Assembly: GCA_963752475.1 (NCBI GenBank)
Contig: CAVVYR010000021.1
Location: 1 to 13,444 of the forward strand
Source: an uncultured Chloroflexia bacterium
GTDB lineage: Bacteria; Chloroflexota; Limnocylindria; Limnocylindrales; CSP1-4
Direction: 5' to 3'
Length of the DNA: 13,444 nucleotides
Each line of letters begins with the position of its first letter. The first letter of the stretch is position 1. Under the pieces are notes generated by a model. It worked only from the letters and a program-made list of their open reading frames with translations, did not search any database and was not told the DNA's origin. A program made the position numbers and the translations under genes. Of this stretch, positions 1 through 6,499 are shown piece after piece.

Positions 1-25
1 CGAACTCGAGGCCGAGGGACAACCA

Positions 26-40
26 CTAGGAGACTGGTGT
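26..40 (+). repeat. Left end of IS: CTAG (probable target-site duplication) + IRL GAGACTGGTGT
   Basis: Perfect inverted match to 1875-1889. Confidence 0.9.
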
Positions 41-1885
41 CTTTCGTGCCGCCGTCCTGACCGCCTGGAGATGCGAGATGGGTCGGCGATCGGAGCGGGG
101 ATCTGGGAATCTGGCGGCATGACGCTCGGACACAGCCCCACCCAGGCCGACATCTTCCGTTCCAGTGCGAGCTACTGCGAGGGTCGGGTCGCACCCGACT
201 CGGTCTACGCCCTGCTGCACCGTGAGTGCCACCGACTCTTCCCCGACGAGGCCTTCGCGGACCTCTTCACCGACGTCGGGCGGCGCTCGGTGCCACCGAT
301 GATCGTGGCCGTGGTGATGGTGCTCCAGCGCCTCGAGGGCCTGTCCGACCGTGAGGCTGTCGAGCGCTTCAGCTTCGACGTACGCTGGAAGTACGCCTGC
401 GGTGGGCTCGACTTCGACCATCCCGGCTTCAGCCACACCGTGCTCGTGGACATGCGTGCCCGCCTCGCGGGTTCCGAACATCCGGAGCGCATCTTCGAGG
501 TCGCCCTCGGCGCGGCCCGCGAGGCCGGCCTCGTGGGTCGCCGCCGGGTGCTCGACTCGACGCCGCTCTATGACGCGGTGGCCACGATGGACACCGTCAC
601 GCTCCTGCGCTCGGGCATCCGCGGCCTGCTCCGGGTCGCGGGCGAGCGCGAGGACGAGCTCCGTTCCCTCCTCGGGCGTGACGACGACTATCGAAGCGGC
701 GGCAAGCCCGCCATCGACTGGGAGGACGCCGCAGCGCGCGAGGCCCTCATCGATGCGGTCGCGACCGATGCCAGCGCGCTGCTCGTCGCGCTCGAGGGCG
801 AGGCCATCGACGCGCCCCTCGCCGAGGCCGCCGCGCTGCTCGCGACGCTGCTGGGCCAGGACCTCGAGACCGACGGCGAGGGCACCTTCCGCATCGCCCG
901 GCGGGTGGCGCCCGACCGGATCGTCAGCACGGTCGATCCCGATGCCCGCCACGGGCACAAGACCCAGGCCCGCAGCTTCGACGGCTACAAGGGCCACGTC
1001 GCGATCGACCCCGACAGCGAGATCGTGACCGCGACGGCCGTGACGCCGGGCAACGGCGGCGATGCGGCGGTCGCACCCGAGCTGCTCGAGGCCGAGCTCG
1101 AAGCCCGCGAGCCCGGCCCCGGCGTGCCACCCGTCGTCTACGGCGATGCCGGCTACGGCAGTGGCGCACTGCTCGAGACGCTCGAGACCGCCGGGGCCGA
1201 GCCGCGCATCAAGGTGCAGCCGTCGGTCGCCCTGGGTGGCCGCTTCAGCAAGGATGACTTCGCCATCGACCGCGAGGCGGCCACGGTCACCTGCCCGGCC
1301 GGGCTGACCGTCCCGCTGCGGGCCCGACGCCGCCGGGCGGCCGAGGCCAGCTTCGGGTCGGCCTGTGCCGCCTGTCCCCTCGCGGCCCGCTGCACGACCG
1401 CGAAGGATGGACGCAGCATCACGGTGGGACCCTACGAGGCCGCGCTCGTCCGGGCCCGCGCCGCGCGCCGGGATCCCGCCTGGCTGGCCGACTACCGGGC
1501 CACCCGACCCAAGGTCGAGCGTCGCATCGCCCAGCTCGTGCGTCGTCACCACGGTGGCCGTCGCGCCCGGGTGCGGGGTCGACCGAAGGTGGCGGCCGAC
1601 TTCTCGCTGCTCGCGGCCGCGGTCAACCTGGCCCGTCTCGCGGTGCTCGGGGTCCTCGGTCCAGGACCGACCGAGACCGCGCAGGCCGGCTGAGCACCGA
1701 TGACGGGGAGCGGGTGACCGGGGGCTACCCCCTGCGGCCGCCCAGGCCGGCCCTGATCGCCACGGGGACCCGGCCGGGCCACGGGCGGACCGTTCCGACC
1801 GACCCGCTGAAGGTCCGGTCACCACGGCGCGAGGCCATCCACCGGACTATCTCAGGCCGTGAGTGGCCGGTTTCACACCAGTCTC
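30..1885 (+). mobile_element. Complete IS1182-family insertion sequence (1856 bp)
   Basis: CTAGGAGACTGGTGT (26-40) is the exact reverse complement of ACACCAGTCTCCTAG (1875-1889). This is best read as 11-bp IRs (30-40, 1875-1885) plus a CTAG direct repeat (26-29, 1886-1889). The ends enclose a single DDE transposase gene. Confidence 0.9.
119..1693 (+). CDS. IS1182-family DDE transposase (~524 aa from ATG 119; the ORF extends upstream to ATG 71)
   Basis: The N-terminal DUF772-like segment reads GRRSVPP..LQRLEGLSDREAVE..DVRWKYACG. Further motifs are VLDSTP, STVDPDARHGHK..FDGYKGH, YGDAGYG, a Cys cluster (TCPAG..CAACPLAARC) and RPKVERRIAQL. The start at MTLG was chosen by resemblance to recalled homologue N-termini. 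Confidence 0.92.
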   Translation: MTLGHSPTQADIFRSSASYCEGRVAPDSVYALLHRECHRLFPDEAFADLFTDVGRRSVPPMIVAVVMVLQRLEGLSDREAVERFSFDVRWKYACGGLDFDHPGFSHTVLVDMRARLAGSEHPERIFEVALGAAREAGLVGRRRVLDSTPLYDAVATMDTVTLLRSGIRGLLRVAGEREDELRSLLGRDDDYRSGGKPAIDWEDAAAREALIDAVATDASALLVALEGEAIDAPLAEAAALLATLLGQDLETDGEGTFRIARRVAPDRIVSTVDPDARHGHKTQARSFDGYKGHVAIDPDSEIVTATAVTPGNGGDAAVAPELLEAELEAREPGPGVPPVVYGDAGYGSGALLETLETAGAEPRIKVQPSVALGGRFSKDDFAIDREAATVTCPAGLTVPLRARRRRAAEASFGSACAACPLAARCTTAKDGRSITVGPYEAALVRARAARRDPAWLADYRATRPKVERRIAQLVRRHHGGRRARVRGRPKVAADFSLLAAAVNLARLAVLGVLGPGPTETAQAG

Positions 1886-1889
1886 CTAG
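1875..1889 (-). repeat. Right end of IS: IRR ACACCAGTCTC + CTAG (probable target-site duplication)
   Basis: Perfect inverted match to 26-40. Confidence 0.9.
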
Positions 1890-1956
1890 CTGACCTTCCC
1901 GGGTTACCTGTCACGCAAGCGAGGGCGTCAGCCCGCGGCCGACCTGGACCGTGGGC

Positions 1957-1986
1957 TTGGTCAGGGCTAATCTCGAGTGATATGGT
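1957..1986 (+). promoter_or_regulatory. Putative sigma70-type promoter of the cyclase-dehydrogenase-regulator operon
   Basis: TTGGTC (1957-1962), an 18-bp spacer, and TATGGT (1981-1986) preceded by TG-n (extended -10, 1978-1980), in a locally AT-richer patch. Confidence 0.5.
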
Positions 1987-1997
1987 CATCGTATGAC
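1985..1997. promoter_or_regulatory. Putative FadR/GntR operator 1, GTCAT-CGT-ATGAC
   Basis: Palindrome with the GT...AC form typical of GntR-family sites. It overlaps the -10/+1 region and is 12/13 identical to the reverse complement of 6328-6340. Confidence 0.75.
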
Positions 1998-2062
1998 AAT
2001 CGAGCCATCGGTCGATGTACGGGCCGCTGGCCGTCGTCGGCCGCTCGAGCGCTGAGGACCTG

Positions 2063-2701
2063 ATGAAGATCCACGACATCTCCATGACCGTCTCTCCCGA
2101 CATGGTGTACTGGCCGGACACGACGGTGCCGACCGTGGAGTGGGAGATGCGCATGTCCAGCGGCGACATCGGTGACGTCAGCCGCTGGGTCCTGGGAGCG
2201 CACAACGGCACGCACGTCGATGCGCCCTCCCACTTCCTCGCTGGCGAGCCCGGTCTCGAAGCCGTGGCGCTGGAGTCGCTCGTCGGCCCGGCCGTGGTGG
2301 TCGAGCTTCCTGACGAAGTCCGCTCGATCACGGCCGACGACATCCCGTGGTCGGACGTCAGCCCGGCAGAGCGCCTGCTCTTCAAGACGTCGAACTCGCG
2401 GCAACGTCTCGATGGGTCGCGGTTCGATGAGAGCTATGTCGGGATCGAGCCCGACGCGGCAAGGGCTATCGTCGCGGCCGGTATGAAGCTGGTTGGCATC
2501 GACTACCTCTCTGTCGAGACGTTTGGGCGTGAGGTCTTCGAGACCCATCACGTGCTCCTCGGCGCCCGCGTCACGATCGTCGAGGGCCTCGATCTGCGTG
2601 ATGTCGAGCCGGGTCGGTATCTGCTGACGATCCTGCCGCTCAAGCTAGCTGGAGCAGAAGCCGCACCCGCACGCGCGATCCTTGAGGAGCCCGACCCATG
2701 A
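2063..2701 (+). CDS. Cyclase-family metal-dependent hydrolase (kynurenine formamidase KynB-like), 212 aa
   Basis: Signature HxGTHxDxPxH (HNGTHVDAPSH), plus VGIDYLSVE, H..LLG..IVEGLDL and LPLKLAGAEAAPARA. GAGGA precedes ATG 2063 (MKIHDIS), which is preferred over the ORF start at 2015. Confidence 0.9.
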   Translation: MKIHDISMTVSPDMVYWPDTTVPTVEWEMRMSSGDIGDVSRWVLGAHNGTHVDAPSHFLAGEPGLEAVALESLVGPAVVVELPDEVRSITADDIPWSDVSPAERLLFKTSNSRQRLDGSRFDESYVGIEPDAARAIVAAGMKLVGIDYLSVETFGREVFETHHVLLGARVTIVEGLDLRDVEPGRYLLTILPLKLAGAEAAPARAILEEPDP

Positions 2702-3768
2702 TGCGTGCGGTTCGCTGGCATGGCCGGGGGGATGTCCGGCTCGACGTCGTGCCGGACGCACCGCTGCCCGGGCCAAGTGAGATTCGGCTCCGCGTCGACT
2801 GGTGTGGCATCTGCGGCACCGATCGCGAGGAGTGGCGATCTGGACCACTGTTCATCCCCACCGACGAGCCTCATCCGCTGACCAAGACGTCCGCACCGCT
2901 GACGTTGGGGCACGAGGTCGCTGGCACCGTCACCGACCTGGGTGATGGCGTCGATGGCATCGCCGAGGGCGACGTCGTCGCACTGGACGGGCTGCTGACC
3001 TGCGGCAAGTGCTGGTGGTGCCGACGCCACGAACTCACCCTGTGCCCACAGTTGGCGTCCATCGGCCTCCACGTCGACGGCGGACTGGCTGAAGCTATCA
3101 CCGTGCCGGCCACGATGGCCATCGTCGTGCCGCCAAGCCTCGACGCGGAGACTGCTGTCCTGGCTGAACCCGTCGCGGTGGCGGTGCGTGCTCTCCGCCG
3201 TGGGCGCTTGGCGAAGGGTGAGCAGCTCCTCGTGCAGGGCGCGGGCATGATCGGCCTAGCCGCCATGCGGGCTGCACATCGGTTCGGCGCGGCGTCCGTG
3301 ACGGTGGCTGCTCGCTCGGAGGCACGTCGCCAGCAGGCCCTCGATCTGGGCGCCGATGCCGTCGTAGACCCGAGTGAGCCGGACTTCGTCGACGCCGTTC
3401 GAGAGCTCCACCACGGCCGGGGGCCCGACCTGGTCGTCGAGGCCGCCGGTACGCCGCACGCTTGCGCCCAAGCCATCAGCGCAGCTCGTCGTGGTGGCCG
3501 CATCGTCTTCCTGGGCCTGCCGTCAGAAATGGGCCAGATCGACTACTTCGAGCTGGTCGCAACCGAGCGTGAGCTCATCGGCTCACTCTCACATGTCTGG
3601 GACGAGGACCTTGCCGAGGCGGTCTCGATGCTGGGCGACGGTCTCCTACGTGCCGATGAGGTCGTGGCTGCAAGGATCCCACTCGAGGATACGGTCGGTG
3701 TCGGTTTCGAATGGATGAACAGGAAGGACACCCCGGGGGTGAAGATCTTGGTGAGCCCATGGATCTGA
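2698..3768 (+). CDS. Zn-dependent medium-chain dehydrogenase/reductase (2,3-butanediol/polyol dehydrogenase-like), 356 aa
   Basis: CGICGTD, LGHE, a structural-Zn motif CGKCWWC-x7-C, EPVAVA and Rossmann GAGMIG. The start overlaps the cyclase stop (ATGA). Confidence 0.92.
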   Translation: MMRAVRWHGRGDVRLDVVPDAPLPGPSEIRLRVDWCGICGTDREEWRSGPLFIPTDEPHPLTKTSAPLTLGHEVAGTVTDLGDGVDGIAEGDVVALDGLLTCGKCWWCRRHELTLCPQLASIGLHVDGGLAEAITVPATMAIVVPPSLDAETAVLAEPVAVAVRALRRGRLAKGEQLLVQGAGMIGLAAMRAAHRFGAASVTVAARSEARRQQALDLGADAVVDPSEPDFVDAVRELHHGRGPDLVVEAAGTPHACAQAISAARRGGRIVFLGLPSEMGQIDYFELVATERELIGSLSHVWDEDLAEAVSMLGDGLLRADEVVAARIPLEDTVGVGFEWMNRKDTPGVKILVSPWI

Positions 3769-3793
3769 CAGACGTTCCCGTGGCGGTGATGAC

Positions 3794-4546
3794 GTGATAT
3801 CGCCACCTGCCTCGCCTCAGCGATTCCGCGCGGACAAGCTCAGCGACAAGGTCACGCGAGTGCTCGCTGGCCGGATCATCGAGGCGGCCCAGTCATCGTC
3901 CGAAGTCCACTTGCCCACCGAGCAGGAGGTGTGTGAGGAGTTCGGGGTCTCCAAGACCGTGGCGCGTGAGGTCATGGCACGGCTCGACGGGCTGAAGCTC
4001 GTCTCCGTTCGGCACGGCCGTCGCATGCAGCTCCGACCGGCGTCGGACTGGAACTATCTCGATCCGCTCATGCTCGAGCTCCAGGACGAGAAGGGCGTCC
4101 GCCGTCTCGTGGGCGAACTCCATGAAGTGCGCATGCTCATCGAGCCGGAAGCCGCCTGGCGCGCGGCTACCGTCGCCGAGCCAGAGCAGATCGAGATCAT
4201 GCAGCGAGCGCTGGAGGGGATGAGGACAAACCTGGAGCGTCCGGACGAGTTCCTCGAGCACGACATCGCATTCCACGCGGAGATCGTGGTCTCGGCGCAG
4301 AACCGCGTCATCTCCCACCTGATCGATGCCATCGCGGATCTGATGCGTACCAGCCGACAGCTGACGAACCTCGTGCCGGGCGGGCTACCGCACGCGGTCG
4401 AGGACCACGCCGCGGTGCTCGCGGCCATCGAGGCGGGCGATCCCGAACGAGCTCGCGAGGCGATGCGAGACCACATCCTGTGGGGCGCGCAGCGAGCCGG
4501 GGTATTGCCAGAGGACGGGTCGGACTCGAGGCGCCAGCCCAGTTAG
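3794..4546 (+). CDS. FadR-subfamily GntR transcriptional regulator, DgoR-like, 250 aa
   Basis: wHTH LPTEQEVCEEFGVSKTVARE, linker WNYLD, and an FCD domain with EVRMLIEP, DIAFH, EDHAAVLAAI and AMRDHI. GTG start; the exact start is uncertain. Confidence 0.92.
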   Translation: MISPPASPQRFRADKLSDKVTRVLAGRIIEAAQSSSEVHLPTEQEVCEEFGVSKTVAREVMARLDGLKLVSVRHGRRMQLRPASDWNYLDPLMLELQDEKGVRRLVGELHEVRMLIEPEAAWRAATVAEPEQIEIMQRALEGMRTNLERPDEFLEHDIAFHAEIVVSAQNRVISHLIDAIADLMRTSRQLTNLVPGGLPHAVEDHAAVLAAIEAGDPERAREAMRDHILWGAQRAGVLPEDGSDSRRQPS

Positions 4547-6282
4547 TGGCTGGTGGGCTCGTAGGCCTCCCAGTCTTCTCCGGGCCCACCCCTGAGAAAA
4601 TCGAAGTCCGCGCCGGTGTCTGCCTGGCTGACGTGCTCGACGTAGAGTCGTCCGTAGCCACGGGTGAAGCGAGGAGTTGGCGGGGTCCAGGCGTCACGAC
4701 GGGCGGCGAGCTCTGCGTGGCTGAGGCGCACATCGAGTCGCCTGGCTTCCACGTCCAGGTCGACGAGGTCGCCGTCGCGGATGAGGGCTAGCGGTCCACC
4801 GACCGCGGACTCCGGAGCGACATGGAGCACGCACGTGCCGTAGGCGGTGCCGCTCATGCGGGCATCCGAGATGCGCACCATATCGCGCACGCCAGCCTGC
4901 CAAAGCTTGGCAGGGATCGGTAACTGGCCCCACTCGGGCATGCCTGGAGCACCGACAGGGCCGCCCATGAGCTGGATCAGGACCGTGTCCGGAGTGACCT
5001 CGAGGTTCGGGTCGTCGATGCGCTCCATCAGGTCTTGCTTGTCGGAGAAGACCAGTGCCGGCCCGGTATGGCGCCGAAGCTCGGGCTCCATCGCCGTTTG
5101 CTTCAGGACGGCGCCATCGGGGGCAAGGTTGCCCCGCAGCACTGCCAAGCCACCCTCGGTTGCGAGCGGCTCACTCCGGGGGCGAATCACGGACCGGTCC
5201 AGGGTCTCGCCCAGTTGGGCCCCGTCTCCCAGAGGAGTCCCGCTGACGGTCGGCGTCTCGAGGTCCAGCAGCGGAGCGATCTCCGTGAGCAGCGCTGGCA
5301 CACCGCCGGCATAGAAGAACTCCTCCATCTGGTGATTGCCAGCCGGATGGACGTCGAGGATCCAGGGTGTCCTGCGGCTGATGGCATCGAACGCGTCGAG
5401 GGCCAGTGGCACGCCCGCGCGGCCGGCGAGAGCCAGCAGGTGCACGACCGCGTTGGTGCTTCCGCTGACCGCGTTGAGCACGGTGATGGCGTTGCGGAAC
5501 GCGCTTGGCAACAGGATCGAAGAGGGTGTGGGCCCACCGTCGAGGGCCATCTGGACGCTGCGAATGCCCGTCTCCTCAGCGAGTGCCTTCCGTCGACTGT
5601 CGACAGCGGGAATGGCTGCCGAGCCGGGCAGGGTCATGCCCATGGCCTCCGCCAGGATGGCCATGGTCGAGGCCGTGCCGAGTACACCGCAGTGACCGGC
5701 CGAGCGAGCCACACACGACTCGAGCTCTGCCCAACGCTCGTCGGAGTAGTCGCCGGCCCGGCGGCGGTCGGATGCGTTCCAGATGGCGCTGGCTCCCGCC
5801 AGGTCCTCGGTGCCTCGCCGGCCTCGCAGCATCGGTCCACCGGTCAGCATGATCGCTGGGAGGTCCGCGCTCACGGCCGCCATCAGGAGCGCTGGTGTGG
5901 TCTTGTCGCAACCTGACAACAGCACCGCAGCATCAAGAGGATTCGCGCGCAGCGACTCCTCGGCTTCCATGGCCAAGAGGTTCCGGTAGAGCATGGTGGT
6001 GGGCTTCATCAGCGGCTCGCTGAGCGACATCGCCGGCAGCTCCAGCGGCAAGCCACCGGCCCGCCACACACCCCGCTTGACGGCCTCCGCCAGCTCGCGC
6101 AGGTGAGCGTTGCAGTTGGTCACCTCGCTCCAGGTGTTGACGATGCCAATGACCGGTCGACCGTCCGAGAACACCGTGCCCGAGAACCCCTGCGAACGCA
6201 TCCACCCGCGGTGAATCACCCCATTGAGGTCGTCGGGCGCGAACCACCGCGCGCTCCGCAGAGGTGCTCGAGGTTCGCCCAA
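4543..6282 (-). CDS. IlvD/Edd-family [2Fe-2S] sugar-acid dehydratase, L-arabinonate dehydratase-like, 579 aa
   Basis: LRSARWF..HRGWMRSQG..GRPVIGIVNTWSE..CNAH, GCDKTTP, GHCGVLGTASTM, GSTNAVVHL, LRGNLAPDGAVLK, GAPGMPE, SDARMSGT, LHVAPES and a C-terminal His. The start was reassigned to TTG at 6282 behind AAGGAGGG (6287-6294, - strand). Confidence 0.92.
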   Translation of the reverse strand: MGEPRAPLRSARWFAPDDLNGVIHRGWMRSQGFSGTVFSDGRPVIGIVNTWSEVTNCNAHLRELAEAVKRGVWRAGGLPLELPAMSLSEPLMKPTTMLYRNLLAMEAEESLRANPLDAAVLLSGCDKTTPALLMAAVSADLPAIMLTGGPMLRGRRGTEDLAGASAIWNASDRRRAGDYSDERWAELESCVARSAGHCGVLGTASTMAILAEAMGMTLPGSAAIPAVDSRRKALAEETGIRSVQMALDGGPTPSSILLPSAFRNAITVLNAVSGSTNAVVHLLALAGRAGVPLALDAFDAISRRTPWILDVHPAGNHQMEEFFYAGGVPALLTEIAPLLDLETPTVSGTPLGDGAQLGETLDRSVIRPRSEPLATEGGLAVLRGNLAPDGAVLKQTAMEPELRRHTGPALVFSDKQDLMERIDDPNLEVTPDTVLIQLMGGPVGAPGMPEWGQLPIPAKLWQAGVRDMVRISDARMSGTAYGTCVLHVAPESAVGGPLALIRDGDLVDLDVEARRLDVRLSHAELAARRDAWTPPTPRFTRGYGRLYVEHVSQADTGADFDFLRGGPGEDWEAYEPTSH

Positions 6283-6309
6283 ATCGCCCTCCTTGATCGA
6301 ACTCAGGGG

Positions 6310-6337
6310 TTGACAGCGTATCACATGGTCATATGAT
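6310..6337 (+). promoter_or_regulatory. Putative sigma70 promoter of the ABC operon
   Basis: Consensus -35 TTGACA (6310-6315), a 16-bp spacer, and -10 TATGAT (6332-6337). Confidence 0.7.
6315..6323 (-). promoter_or_regulatory. Putative extended -10 promoter of the dehydratase gene
   Basis: The - strand reads TG-A-TACGCT about 20 nt upstream of the dehydratase RBS. No good -35 is seen. Confidence 0.4.
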
Positions 6338-6340
6338 GAC
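6328..6340. promoter_or_regulatory. Putative FadR/GntR operator 2, GTCAT-ATG-ATGAC
   Basis: Same palindrome as 1985-1997, and both copies are preceded by ATG. It covers the -10 of the + promoter and lies just upstream of the extended -10 of the - promoter. Confidence 0.75.
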
Positions 6341-6499
6341 TCTATCAGCAGGCTGCTGCGAGCCTGTGGCGGGGACGCGGTACCACATCGTGCGATCGCA
6401 TCCTTGCCCCAGGGGGGTTTGTGGCTTGATATGGAGGGCCCTTCCGAGCGGCCACATCGGTCGCACGACTCGGAAGTGGCAGAGGAAGGAGTCACGCGA

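Noticed and set aside
26-1825. 599-aa ORF antisense to the transposase
   Set aside because: Shadow ORF caused by high GC3 on the coding strand. It is R/G/A-rich with no recognisable motifs.
3780-3800. Operator half-site (TGATGAC) upstream of the regulator
   Set aside because: Only one arm matches and there is no promoter in the 25-bp gap.
4543-6282. Gene symbols ilvD/araD here, and hemE, kynB, rraA, pepP or rbsABC elsewhere
   Set aside because: Family membership is clear, but orthology and substrate cannot be established by eye.
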